Assembly (NCBI GenBank): GCA_000934665.2
Contig: KZ538335.1
Span: forward strand, 62,001-126,000
Length of the DNA stretch: 64,000 bases
Source: Catajapyx aquilonaris
Taxonomy: Eukaryota
Reading direction: 5' to 3'
Below the pieces are notes generated by a model. That model saw only the letters and a list, made by a program, of their open reading frames with translations, made no database searches and was not told where the DNA came from. This document shows, piece after piece, positions 12,470 to 26,570 of this stretch; positions within the stretch are counted from its first letter, which is position 1, and the number at the start of each line of letters is the position of its first letter. The translations under genes were made by a program, and so were the position numbers.

Positions 12470-12726
12470 GATACCCCGTGATAAGCCTCCTTGGGCTTTT
12501 TAGGGGATCATCTTTTAATAGACCGACTTGAATCATTTGCCTATGTAATGTGATGGATTTTGATAGTGTGAGGAAACGGGAGAACCCCGAGAAAAACCAC
12601 GCGAACACGGAGAGAACCCATCGAAACTCTATCCACATAAGTATCCTCTGTCCGGTCCGGGGATCGAACTCGAGACCTTAGAGGTGGAAGGCTGCGGCGC
12701 TAACCACTCGGCCACCGTGTCGCCCC
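12356..12726 (-). mobile_element. Full-length tRNA-derived SINE with V-domain-like core and (TTA)n tail
   Basis: The minus strand starts GGGGCGACACGGTGGCCGAGTGGTTAGCG, with an A box at 12714-12704 and a B box GAGTTCGATCCCC at 12671-12659. The core GTTCTCTCCGTGTTCGCGTGGTTTTTCTCGGGGTTCTCCCGTTTCCTCACA resembles the V-SINE conserved domain as I recall it. A 3' stem-loop is followed by a trinucleotide tail (12468-12385). TSD AAAACAATTA at 12346-12355 and 12727-12736. Confidence 0.9.
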
Positions 12727-12849
12727 AAAACAATTAATATCTACTAATGGTCATTTTGAATTGAATGGGTATAATTTTCGTCGTACTACTATACCGTAGT
12801 TACTGCTAACCTATAGCAGTACCATTTCACTACACTCGTTCCACTCATT

Positions 12850-13019
12850 GCAGATTGGGCTATTTTCACTCAATTTTAGTGAAATTTCCACTCATATTCG
12901 AGCAAAAAAATGGGTTTCACACAAGAAAGAGTAGTCTGCCAGCCATTTTTACTCTTCTTCCACTCGATTAGAGTTAATCATTCCGGAGTGAAATTCACTC
13001 AAAAATAGAATTTTGCGAA
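12850..13019 (+). mobile_element. Partial second copy of the interior of the 11582-11907 MITE
   Basis: Aligns by eye to 11684-11859, sharing for example CAAGAAAGAGTAGTCTGCCAGCCATTTT and TTCCGGAGTGAAATT. Confidence 0.85.
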
Positions 13020-16000
13020 GTTGTTCCTCAAAGTTAGAAGTAACTACTAAGGTATATAGTAGTATGACGAAAATTCCACCCAATGTGTTTAAGCTAGTGG
13101 ACGTTATATATACACAATATTCTGTTCAACGGTATAGAATTCTCACTTACGTCCACCATATAATTAGTGTCTACGTCACAAAACCTGCGTCATTCCAACA
13201 GACCCTTGGTTTTTTTATTCAGATGTCCATTAACGCAGAAATATTCAGAACCTACGTGATATTTTCGTTACACGGTCATCCCTCATGCAATATATCTGGC
13301 GTAACTACACGAACAAGCGTGATGCTCTTTTTGCATCCCCGATCCTTCCAAGATGATGATATTCGTGAGTGTCCATTAGCCATCCGGTTGTCTGAAAGAA
13401 GAAGCTCCAGCTCAACAAAGCAAGAAAAAGAATCCCCCCCAAGATTAGTTCCGGCGCCCAGCGACAATCATTAGTCTGCAAAAGACGGTTCTTTTTGTGT
13501 TCTCATCACCATTCTGGTTTCAAAACCTGCAGGGTTGTTGGGAAGATATATTTTTTTTACCACCATTCTCCCCTCTCGTGCATCTCTTTTCCCTAAATGA
13601 CTTGGGTGTTTTCGAAGCTTGGATGGGGGCAGGGGGGGATATACCAATGTAAATTTCAGCCGTCTGGTTTTTCATGGGAAGTTTGAGTATATAATGTTAG
13701 GAGGAAAAGGAGCAACGGATCGGAGGACAAATTGCTACGTTTAGTTGAAGAGCAAGCCGCCATTTGTCGCGCTCGTCTGACATGACGGAAACTGGGGGCG
13801 GTACCATGCCCTCCCACACACCTCGTTAGGACCGATTTTCTTTTTTTCTACCATGCTCTTTTTCCGCCAGCCTAACCCGAAAAAAGTACACATATGGCTG
13901 ACACTACTCACAAAAAAAAAATCACCCTCCCCAATACCGTCACGCTTATGCCATTGCAGGTAAGGACCCCTGAATTTTTCTCAAGACCATCCAGTTAGTG
14001 AGGCAACAGGGGGTCCCATGCCCAATCTGCATAAGCAAATGAATAGGTAGAAAGCGTGGGGTGGGCTCCTGGAGAGACAGGAATGCCCATCAGGATCCCC
14101 TCCCTTTGCTTCCGATTTTTAACCCCCCCACAAGGTCGATCCTCATGTATGGTCATCTTCCCTTACGAGGATCGATCCACTACCTTTTCTTTCAACTGTA
14201 AATTTGAGGCACGTTAACGGTAGGGCTCATCACTTTGATAGCATCGGGCCGCCCCAGGTTTCCTTCATTAGCATGGCTAAGGGTCTGGAACTGGTTGCCG
14301 ACCTGCCCAGGAAGCCTACGCAACCAATTACATACTCTTCTCTCTTTTTTTTTTGTAAGTGTGCTTTCAATCTCATAACGTCCACAGTATGTCGACAGGA
14401 TAGTCGTCCCTTCGCACGTTCAACTCAGCAGCACTGAAACCATTTTTGGTGTCAAGACCGGTTGGAACATACATGTCTGCATATACAATTCAATAAGGCA
14501 GCTTTAGTGGTTCCTATATAATCCGGTTGAATGCAAATTCAGCAAAATTTCCGAAATGTGACTCAGAAGTTAATGTTCCAAAAATATTATCAGAGCGTCT
14601 CCAAAAATTCGAACGGACTTGTCTTTCACACAGTGTTTTTTTCTATCCTCCAGTCCATGCATAACTGCGACTTCTAAACAGGTTTTGGGAACCTTCCCCA
14701 AAAAAGAAATGTTTTTTTTCTCTTCCAGATGGGGGGGTGCTTCCTCCAAGGTCCCTTGGCCAAGATCATGGCAACTGTACCCCCATAAACGCCCTCACTA
14801 TAAACACCAGCAACGCATTCCATACGTCACCGGGGACGCCATCTAATTTATAGGAAAGCGCCCTGTCGCCACCATTTAGATTCTTATCCCTCCCAATTAG
14901 GCAGAAAGAGCCAACTGCCCTTGAATCCCGCTTTCACTTATATAACTCGACTTTTTTTTTACACACACACCCTATTCTACCCACTTTCACTGCCCAAAAA
15001 TATTCCTGAAAGGTGCCCACAGGAAATGGTCTTCGGGTTCAATTTCAACAACATTGGGAACAGACATGTATGGCGCTCAAAATGAAAAAAATATTGTCAA
15101 CCAAATTTTTTTGGACTCTGAGTGTGGCACCCATACGATTCCAAAAAATCGCTCACACTCTGTACTAATGGAAATGACAAATGAGCAGAAGAAAAGAAGG
15201 CAACTGAAGCAAGTCAAGCCTGTCGGCAGAGGAGCTTCCTCCATTTACTTTCCTATGAAGAACAAAAGGCTATTTTTTTGTATGTCCTGGCTTGATAACC
15301 AAAAGAGAGAGGAAGCAGAACTCATTATTACCTGTCCTATTGCCCATATTAATAAGCAGTGTGAATGTGCAGGCACGAAATTTCCCGCGCACAAATTCCG
15401 CAGCAATTTTTCTTTTAAAAAAAATCTCCATATGAAGAGGGCAAGAGTGTGAGACGTAGGCGACAAGAATGGGAGATATCAAAATGAGGCGGCATGCAAA
15501 ACAATAGGCAATTAGCCATAGCCATTAGTCCAGTTGAGTGGCAAGGGAGGAAAAGAAGCTGAAATGGCCTCAGGTCATACACAATGCAAGTGGCCATTGG
15601 TATTAAAAGGAAAGGCAACCAAATGTACTGTAAGAAGCTATGGGGCGGAGTTTCACAACTTATTTCTTACGAATGTTAAGACAAGGTTGCCCATTTCAGC
15701 TCCATACAAACAACGTTACTACATATTAGATCTTGATCAGTGTTTCGCGCTGGTCTTCTCCGCCCCTTTTGCATCAATTACTCTCACTTGACACGCAAAC
15801 CCCCTTCTCTTTATGCCACTTACGTGCACTAATGTGCACGACCGACGTGGTTCTGTCCGAATTGCTCTAACAGTACCGACGAAACACGTTGTACATGACT
15901 GTTTAACAATAATCAGCAATTGTCATGATCGCTGACGTCACAACATATCCGTGAAGTAATTGTCAAAAACCGGACGCTGACATTTCATTGATGTATGCAG

Positions 16001-19000
16001 CTGCAATTATTAGTTGGCATATATTACATCCCGTCATGTAGCGCCGAATCAACACATCAGAAAGACAGTGTAGGAAATAGTTTTCAGGAGAATGACCCTG
16101 ATTAACGGCCTTATGACAAATTATCACTTGAGTCATGCGCCACCTGCTGTCACCATAAGCATAAAAATAGCGCCTTGGGTATGAATAACAAACAGCTAAT
16201 TCCTATAGACGGGTCAAAAAATATTAATCGAAAGCACGATGGCGATATCAAAATTTCCTGCTCTTTTCCTGCTCATTATGTGGAATTTCTTGCTCATTGA
16301 ATGATAACATCGCGAATTATCAGCAATTACCGGTGTACCCAGCAATCCGTGTCAAATAACTTTTGCTCAGATTTTTTTTTTCTCCCTGTGAAATCTATTA
16401 CTGCAACAAAATATGATTGGAAACTGGAGGAAAAGAATTGATTAACTCCGCCTGGTATTACGCAAGTCCCGTTTAATTGTACTCATCAGATCGTTAAAAA
16501 CTGCAAAAAAAAAGTGTGAAAACAAACTTCCCACAAATGACTTGCATTACTAGTTGCTCTGTAATAAACTTACGTCAGTTAATATACAACTGCTCGGGGA
16601 AAAAAAATTTAATTGCTCTTTACAGTTGATCCCACGTCATTTAAGGTGTCATCTGAATAGCCACTGGATCTGCAACAACGCAAATCTCAAGATGACCCAT
16701 TCTCCTTTGCCAATATTTCGTCTCGTCCAAAATATTTCGAGACCCCCAAATGGCTGTCAACAATAAGCAGTATTTTGATCTTTGGTCAAAAAAAAAATCT
16801 GTCGATGGACGATATTTGGACGAAAAATGTTTCGGTCGAAGTATGTATAAGCTGAACCTCACCGGCACTGATTGTGTACAGTAACTTCTCCACTGTCTTC
16901 TCCAGTCCCAGAAGACATCCCAAGAACCCCTAGGATTTCAATGCTGAGGCACCGACTGAGAGTGAATCGGAGCGGAATGGAAGTGTGTGTGTGTGAGGTT
17001 GGGTTGGCAGAAACTCTGTGCCCCCATTTTCCTGTGCAAACGTCCAGCAGCTTCCTCTTGTTAGTGTTGGCAAGGGAGTCAAACAAAGAGAGGCCAAGTG
17101 GGGGAAGGAGGGGAAAAAAGGGGAAGCCTAGGCTCCTGATTGCGGGGGACATCTCATTGGACCGTTGCGCAAACACCGCCAAACTTGCTTCCTTTCCACT
17201 GGACCCCTTTCAAGCTGGACCTGAGGACCTGCCTGCAAATTGGGCAAACACGTTCCTCTCCGACATAATCTCATCTATTCCTCCCATTGCTCCTCCCCCC
17301 TCCTTGCTACAATGTATACTCTACCAGAAGTCTACTTGCCCATTTTCATCCTTTTACACGACCTCACCTATATTTAGAGACCTCGTGATTGCTGACGGCG
17401 AGAAATTAACGGTGTTCGCGGTAAACAGCAGGTTAAAAATTACTGCTTGTCTTCGAAGCACTTTAATAGATTCTGTAGTTAATTTCGGCTATATTGATGA
17501 AATAATCATGGAGCAAAATATTTCCAATATCTGAACAATGCTGATCGAATGTTGTTGAAACAAGAAAGATGGTGCAACAATCAGGATTCGACCAAAGACA
17601 ACGCCTAATTTTCGCCTGTTGTTTATTTAAGGAAGTTGATGAGGCACTAAAAATTGAATTATTAATTTTTGTTTCCCTTCACTTTACAGGAGTCATCACC
17701 TCAATTTTTATATACCCCCCCCCCCCATCTAAAGCAGNCTAAAGCAGGTTCATCAGTAATACGGAAATTGTGGTAGGCAACAAACGATCCGCCCCACTGC
17801 AATTTACATGTAGAACCTGCTAATGAACGCAAAAACTTAAAACCACACCTCCATAATACCTGGCAAAAGTAACGCCGCAATAAATTATAAATTCGGTTCT
17901 TGTTCAACGAGCGACCACTGTTGGAAGCTCATCACTGCAACCACCAATTACGGCTAATGACGTAAAAATTATTGCAGTGTCTCACTGCAAAACGTTTCTG
18001 TCTCAAGTTTTACACACTATTCAAAGCAATACATATATGCATCTAGTAAATATTGTTATGTACTTTTTTCAGTCCATTTGTCATTGTTTCAACGAGAATT
18101 TCACCGCCAACTTTAAAGGCTACAAACTCTTCGCAATATAGGACTAGTATGCGATTGTGGCTATAATGTGTCCGGAGGCTACACACTTGTAGTGCCTCAC
18201 CCACGCCTTATCCACTTCCGTGCCAAAAAAAAACCCCAAAAAAACTTCGCGAGAGAAGCTGCCGCTGGGCTTCTTTCGAACGGAAGTCGCCGGCCATCAA
18301 ATTGACTCACTTCCACGGCATAAATTCAGACAAACTCACCCCCTTTTTTTCTGCAATTTCACACTTCTCTCTCAAAAACCCCAGACCTGGTACGTGGGGG
18401 GAAAATTTTCTCACTTTAGTCTCAATTGCCCACGGAAACATCACAAAAAAAAATCTCCAATTGAATTTGCAACTTTCGCAAATATAGGCTGACATTTTTG
18501 ACAATTCATCATCATGTAAAACCAGAAGCTACCACTGGATTTTTGCTATCCTCTTCAGACTGAAAAAAAACTTCGCTCGTTAACAACCAGCAGCAAGTAA
18601 CCCAAGTGCGAACCGCACTCGCCGGACAATTCTTCAAACTTGGGCTAACAAGAGCCCACCCTTGTCCACCCTCTCTCTCTCTCTCTTCCAAACAACTTTG
18701 TCCGGATCGCTAATGGCGTCCCGGATGATGATGCCTCCCATCCCCACCCACTCTACAACAAGAAAAAAAAGAAGAAGAGAGAAAAGAAATAAGTTCCGCA
18801 AATATGTCGCCATTGGTCAAGACTTCGAACCACGCCCCTACTGGAAACCTCCACAAGGGGAAGTGGAAAAAAAAACAAGATTGTTTGCATTTCCAACTTG
18901 TGCATAAATGTCCCAGCTTAGAGAGGAAGGTTGACCCTACGTGCTTGGAATTCAGAGTGGTCCTAACGGGTCTTACCACCCCAACCCACCCACCCAACGG

Positions 19001-22000
19001 AACATGCTGCAGCATCACGCCAATTGCCTTTCGTGCCTCCTTGGAAGCGCGACCTTTCAACTCAGCTGCTCTTCTTACATGTTCATATTACTCAATATCG
19101 ACAACGGTTTTTATGTTCTTCATTTTTGTTGTTTTTTTAGTGTTTTTTTAAAGGGGGGGGGGNGGGGGGGGGGGTAATGTAAAGACCCGCTATAATGAGC
19201 CCATTGTTGGTTCAGCATTGTTTCGAATTTCTAGATCGATTAACATCCAGATAAAGTGTGGGGGTGTGGCCGATGGAAATTTTACAGGTATTTCAGCACT
19301 TTTGACGTGTATTATGTAACGGGGGTGCAAACCGCATTGGTGGCCACTTCCGTCACACGTCACAAGTATCAACCATTACGTCATCGTTGGTATGATAGCT
19401 GTATTAACCGCGTCTATAAAAATCGAGCCACATTTATAGCCTCCCAAGTGCCTCGTTTTCCAGCCGTAGAAAACAACTGGAATAACTTGAGGATCTGCCC
19501 AAAAATTCAGCTTCCAGCAATTTTTTTTTTTTTTTTTTGCAAAAATGGACAGACGACCGAATCCGTAAAACCGCAAATTAATCCTGGGAGACAAACAAGA
19601 GGTCCGTTTTACCTCAGCATGATCCTCACGATATTTTGCACCTAGAAACATCATAATAATTGGCCAGATTTTTTTCCCCCCACCGTTCCCATTGCTGTAA
19701 CATCTAAGGTGCCTTTTGTTTGAAGGAGATTGGTTGAGGTCACGACGGGGCCAGAAATGCTGGCAAAGGCCCATTTGCGCTGGCCCAATCCATGCTCAGC
19801 CACCGTGCGACGTTTTGCAGTCAATTATCCGTCATTAAGGTTTTCTATCGGACCATTTATCCCGGCGTACAGCACGAATATTGACCGTTGCTCTTTTTCT
19901 CCTCTCGAGTGGACATCTCCCTACCAACCTGATGATTTTTATCTGAACATCTCCATATTCATCGAAGGGCAAATGACCCCCCGGATGCAGCCTTCACACC
20001 TACAGGATTTCGATGGTGGTGCCCCGCAAAAAAAAAATAAAAAGGTATAGAGGTCGAGCGTGTTGCACCTTGAATTTGCTTGTTTTATGTGGTTACACTG
20101 TAATATCAGAGGGATTTGGGGGGCATAGCTTTTATGAGTTTCATCCAATTATATCTGTTATGGTAACTGTAGATATCAGATATAGGCAATAAAAATTACA
20201 AACTAATCACAAGCATTTCTTTTATCATTCTGTGGCAAAGGGGTGGAGGACTTCCCAATGCATCCCTTTCATCCTGAGTGTAAAATGACAATTGCGAGTG
20301 ACCCCAAAATAGAGTCGGGTCAAATAGAGGGGGTTCCCCCCATGCTGGTTTAATCCGTCGCCTGAGTTTCAGGCAACCCAGCAGGCAGTCCTGCCTCCAT
20401 TTCTCCCCCCCTTACCCATAAACATCCGTTTGCCTAATCAACGAGGGCTTTAAAACTTGATTAGATGGCCCGAGTTGGACCGCCCCCCTATATATCCACC
20501 CCCCACACAATCAATAAGCGTCCCGTAGAGCACCTCTTTGCCTTCGCCACAACATTTATTATCCGGGCCATGTCATTTCCCAGCTCCATCCAACACTACA
20601 CAATATCCCCAACACCATTTGTTCAATGCTCCCCATATTTTATAACTATTGGACATGCCTCCCATGTGCATGATCCAACATATTTCAATATTACATTGGG
20701 TATAGAAATCTCAAAAAAAAACAAAAAAGACAGAAGAGACTCCCAAAAATTTCTTGGAGACAAAGCATCCCCGACGTCATATCCGGACCATAAATCTCCC
20801 AATCCAGTAAAGATTTCATTATTTCCTCTTCGGTGGTCCAGCAGCGGATACGGAGCGGAGAAATAAGGAACACTTGGCCATGATAAGCTTCATTATAAAT
20901 CTGTGCCCTTTGCCAGATTCCCTCCACCCTCTGCCCCCCCCCCCACCTCCCCCTCCAAAAGAAAGAGAAGAAGAAAGAGAAAAAAAAAAGTTCCGCCAAG
21001 AAAAAGTCTTAAAGGGAATAGAAGCAGTCATCACGTACTTGGCTGATTTATCCTGCAGTCCTGCAAGTTGTGTCTGCACATGACAAGAACAGTTTTCCGA
21101 AAAAATTCCTCCAGTCAACATAAACTTTCCTAAAAGCAAAAGTCCAGCCTTGACGCTAAATTATTTCCAGTTTCGCGCATTAATTTCTATAGTGGCAAGT
21201 TTACGATCACGCATGAGGAGCAGTTTATTAATGCTAATTACATCAGGATATGTGCATGTGTATACAGCTTTGTGTTACTCTGTATCAAAACATCGTTAGC
21301 ACGTGGATATCATATATCATGACAGGTCACTTGGTGGGGGAAGGGGGGAGAATGAGGCTTACGTGTGTCTAATGATCAATTACTGGTGAGATAAAGCAAA
21401 ATTCATCACACTTTCTCAATGCCCGATAATATACGTACTGGTAGAGTGAAACATACAAGACCCACAGATGCGTGCGGTGCAAAAGACCGTATATCAGTTT
21501 AGTTGAAATAAGTCACGCCCAGTATTCATACGGACTCGCTGCAAATCCGATTAAACTTATTATTGTACATTACTGTAACAAAAGTTAGACACAAATGCAA
21601 GTTAAGTGCAATTTAATCATTTGTGAACTGATGCAACAAAACACATTTGTCAATTTATGTTGAAAATGAGTTTAAACCAATTCAGTGGTTCACTTAATTA
21701 CTCACTTGATATTGTATAATCCATTTAAAGATAGTCATATTAATAAAGTTGTGAATTTTGCGTCTGGAAAAAGTAGCCTACTTCTCTGTTCCTCATATAG
21801 AAGGAAATCCCAATAATTAATAGATCACGACCAATATGTAGGCCTATACGAAGAATTTAAATACTATCGGTATCGGTATACAAATATAATATCACTAAAA
21901 ATTTCATATAAATAACTCGTATTACGGGTACTTCAGAAGTCCAGTACAGCATTTCTTTAAAAACCTCAACATTTCGAAGATATACCACCTATTTTGACTC

Positions 22001-25000
22001 ACAATTAGCGCATTTCATGCTAATCAGACTACCAGATACGTTCTAACCATTAAAATTAATCTCGATCGGTCACCTCCAGCTTTTCCTCTCCTTTAAATTC
22101 AACTTATTGCACCATTAATCCACCACATTTTATTCACGCTCTACGTAGGTGGTCCTGCTGAGCCGAACTGTTCTGACAGGTCATTTTCTCCTGTTCAAAG
22201 AGGGAGGATATGTGACATAATGTACCTGCGATTACGAAACAAAGGCTATACCGGAACTACAACAAAAACCCGTCAGTTGCAATATTTTTGCTATATAATT
22301 TTCATCATTGCACTCTTGCTGTAAATGCATTTTCCGCCGATTTCCAAACCGCTCTGGTTTCCAAAAAGGGCCGAGCTATACGCACCACTTTGCGTTTACA
22401 GCAAAGTCAAGCTAAAGCGGCCTCCTCCATCCGAAAAGCTCAATAACCTCATCAAAATTCCTCCGCAGCTGAATGCGCGCACCCACCAACTTATTGCTTG
22501 CCCAACCACCTATGCCAAAGAAGAAGAGGACGAGGGGGAGGGGGGGGGGAGGGAGGGAAGAAGAAGAATCTCAGAACTTCATTTCACGCTGAATAAGTCG
22601 GATGCATTGCCCCAAATTACGCACCCAGGACTTTTATAATCATACAAATTTTCTTCCGATATAATGCCTGACGACGCATATACTCGTAAATATTCCTTGG
22701 CTTGCAAAAAAAGATAAGGGTCATATGCTTCAAAAAAATTCCCTCCCCATGAAAAATATATACACAAAAAAATAAATAATAATTTCCCTCCTCGTGCCTA
22801 AGGATTTCTGCAAGACTGACGCCATGTTATTACAGTATGTTTCTCGCATGCTTTAGTTTCACTTTATTTGGCAACTCCACGCATCCTGAGTTTTTTTTTT
22901 GCTGCTTATTGCCTTCATGTAAGCAATGCCACAATTTGGCAGTACTGGCCAGTGCCACGTTGCGGAATCAAATTTTTCCCGAAGCTTTCCATAGTTTAGG
23001 TGCACGAGTGAATCCGCTGATATATTTCCTGAATAATTACGCACCGTGAGATCATTATTCCAGCTTTCTAAGTAGGCATTCTCAAAATAAAAATTTGCAT
23101 CTACATACGCCAGTTAGGCCATAATCCTCATCACCAGAAACTTTCCCCCCAGCAAGTCTGCCCAACACAAATATAGCCATAAAAGTAAAAACAAATGGCC
23201 GTTACTTCCAACTGTCCCACCAGTCCACCCCACGAGGCCCAACCTAAATCATAAGCCCCGCAATTATCCGGGCTGGTATTGGACACTTATGAAAATCCTT
23301 TAGACGACGCCAAAAAGAAACATCGCAAGAAGTGTGGTAGAAAAGAAGGAAGGAGGGGGGGTGGGGTTGGGGGGGGGGGGTTGAAATGAAGTTTTTTGGG
23401 AGGGCAGTTGGGAGTTATTGGAGGCGGGAGGGGTTGAGAGGAAGAGTAGTCTTATACAGCCGGAACGTCTAGAGCAACTCGCAGCCTCATTATGTCCGAG
23501 TGGGCCAGGGCCTCCAGCTCTGATAATTGAGCTGCTTGATGAGTCCAGCGCAGCTTCCACCAACACGCCTACCAATCCACTCATCCTTTCCACACTTCAC
23601 ACCCATCCCAACCAGATATGGCACTAATCATTGGGGGGGGGGGGGGGGGGGGGTGNGGGGGTAGGCTGGTAACTGACACCCTCATGAATATAATTTTGCA
23701 ATTCAAAAAATATGCACAATAAATTATTAAAAACGTCATATTTTACAGATATCATGGTCAGCTTTTTGCAAGGAAAAAATGTCAGTTCTTGCGACACATG
23801 CCAAGAAAAAAAACCCAGTCCAGCATCATTGTGTTGGAGTAGCAATAAATCGGAGACGTTGGCAGCGTTGGAGTGGCGACAAAAGCAAGCCATGGTGGGA
23901 GGTGGTAATGAGAGAAGGAAGTGGTGCAAGAGGAGGAAAGAGGAAGAAGTTGGTTCATATAAGAGGAGTGTGATAAGTCGGCGGAAAGGGAGGGGCTTAA
24001 TGTCCCAGATGATGACGCTTCAGGTGCAACTCAAGCGCAATATCCCCCCCCCCCCCTCCCTTCTTCCCAACCACCCCAAAATCAATGCCACAGACTCCCA
24101 TGGACACAACTTGCTCATTTGTGTCACTGCCATCCGCTTCCTAAATAAGTTTCCTACTCGGGAGGCTTAGAGCTATATTACTTTCTGAACCAAAAAAACT
24201 CCGGGCACAATATACGCTGAATTTTTCAGGACATAGATGGCACTACACGCTCAGAGCCATCTAGCGCCAACTATTCAAATTTAAACCATTTCATAGACAT
24301 TCCCAGCCGGATAGGGTCTAGAAAAATGCGCATTAGCCATCCGTCCATCCGGCAATTAAGAGTCAAATGACCACTGTCACGATGCCATCTTTTCGGTCCA
24401 GCAAAACTCATATCGCCGCCATCCATCCATCCAACCCCCCCTTAATTACCCTTCAGTCTTCATTCCGTCATTTATTGGCTGTTTCTCCCCCCTTAGCCCC
24501 CCCTAGGCCGACTGAGGCGTCATCTGGCCTCCCAGAAAAAATTTCCAAATCGGAGCCAAATGGCGTGAAACAGAGCACACCTACTCTAAATTGGCCTGTC
24601 CAGGTGGGACTTTCCTTTCCTTTTTTAAAAAAAAATGAGCTGGAAGGAATATAACGGTTCCCATTAGCTACGGACAAAAGAAAAATGTTTTTAAACGTTG
24701 ACCAGGATGGATGCTGGCTCACTTTTTGGTTCTAATCAATCGCCACGCTATTTCCACACAAATCATGTCCAGTATGAGTCTGATGAAAATGTCACGATCC
24801 GTCACGCCAAGGGGCTACTAATAACGTCGCCGAATTTACTTACAGATGTAACGCCTGACTTCGCTTTTTCGACACATCCGGTGCTTTTGTTCTGTCGCAC
24901 TGGTAGGCCTAAAGGTGTGATGTTCACTGGTGCACACTGTTTAATGTACCATAAAGGCCATATGTAATTATATACACAAAATTATTCATTTTTCATGGGA

Positions 25001-26544
25001 ATGCACCAATGGCTCTTTTTCCCTCCTAATCACTGTTTGTGCTGGGGCGTCGTACTGTCCTATCCAAACCGATACATAGTATTACACTGTAATTGTAATC
25101 ACCGTTTCTTAATGATACTTAGAGCCACGCTCTAGTTCCCAGCTCATCCCCCGCATGAGCAAGAATAAAAGACGACGTCAAAGTTGCAAAAGAATCCACC
25201 AAATGTTACTGGTAAGGAATGAAATAAATACTGTAAGTCAGCCTCTGAACCCCCAAATGACGTTTTGTGGAGGGGAATTCGAGCGAAGTTTGCAAGGCGG
25301 CCAAAGAGATATAATAAAAGGAAGAGCGAAAAAGGAGGCTCGAAAGGAGAGAAGTCCCGAGGGAAACTGGGGTGGGTGGGAGGCTTTAATTCCCACTCCT
25401 TTTCTTCCCCGGTAAAAGCCCTTAATCAATTATTCCCCCGTGTTGGGCTCGCTTTTAGGCCCCCGTTAATGAGAGGCTGCAGGTACACTCATAGACAGCC
25501 TGTTGTGCCAACCTGAACAGGGTGCTAAGGTAGGAGTCTGGCAGATTTTTGAAACCGAGTGTCCCTTCCTGATATGACGTGGGGTCTAAGGAAGATGGAC
25601 GCTGAGCAAGACACAGTCATCTGAAGGGGGAGATGATGGGGAGGGTTGAGATGAGTCCCCCCACCCCCACCCCACCCACCTTCCCATCTATCCTTCAGCA
25701 CCGCCACTTCACATCGATTCTTGGGCTCTACGTGATTCTTGCCCCCCCCCCTCCCATTTTTTTCTCTCTTCTTGGCCTTACCTTTCGAAGCACCAATTAT
25801 TGAGGGGGCTGCTGCTGACTTCCAATTCAGAATTGCCCATTCTTTGTGGTGCCAATCAAAATGGGAGGGGAAGCGGGTTATGTCTTCAGGGACATTCGTG
25901 CAATTCAAGTATTTACATGTGTGAAGAGCTGATTGTTGTAGTCCTTGAAGGTGTAAAATCAGTTTCCGCGCAGCAATTACAATATTTTTTTTTAATGGGA
26001 TCAGACAGATAATGTCGCATATCTCGAAACCAACAATGTTACTGTATTTCAGGTATTTATATGGGCTATAAGAGTTGCTTCCTTGAAAACTGACCTGTAC
26101 AGTGACTTCCTGTTTTCATTCGACTGGCCTATACAGGTCTATTGAGCATGTGCTTAAAGAGGTAAACAGCTGTTTTTGTTCGGGCAAGGAGTAAAAGAAT
26201 TAAAATTAATGATTTGTGTCCGGTTCCTCCAGCCTATTTAACAGCTCATGGGCAGGCAGGAGTTCTTAGACGATGAATAGTAAAATTAATTCACCGTCTA
26301 AGAACATGAGATTCACCTGATTGTAGCTCATGTCATATGTTAGCTTGTGTGCAAAAAGGACATGAGAAATCTGGTACACTCCCGAGCAAAAAGATGAAGA
26401 CGCCCAACCCACTGGCGCCATCTGGTATGAAACTAGGCGTACTAATCCCCTGCCCAAATTTTCTCACACCCATTGTACATTCACAGTATGAGTCAGTCGC
26501 ATGTCACACGTGCTGACACAATAAAAAATTGCGAAAAAACCTCA

Positions 26545-26570
26545 GTTGTTGTTGTTGTTGTTGTTGTTGT
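26545..26570. repeat. (GTT)8 microsatellite
   Basis: Direct reading. Confidence 0.9.

Noticed and set aside
12264..12638. Poly-Leu/Ile ORF
   Set aside because: It is a translation of the SINE (TTA)n tail.
12655..12726. tRNA gene
   Set aside because: A and B boxes are present, but the sequence continues into a SINE body with tail and TSD, and the acceptor stem does not close.
16872..17534. 220-aa ORF
   Set aside because: Non-ATG start, includes (GT)n and purine runs, and has no recognisable domain.
23047..23069. bantam-like sequence TGAGATCATTATTCCAGCT
   Set aside because: The first 10 nt match bantam, but the 3' half diverges and upstream pairing would put the seed in the loop, so there is no proper precursor.
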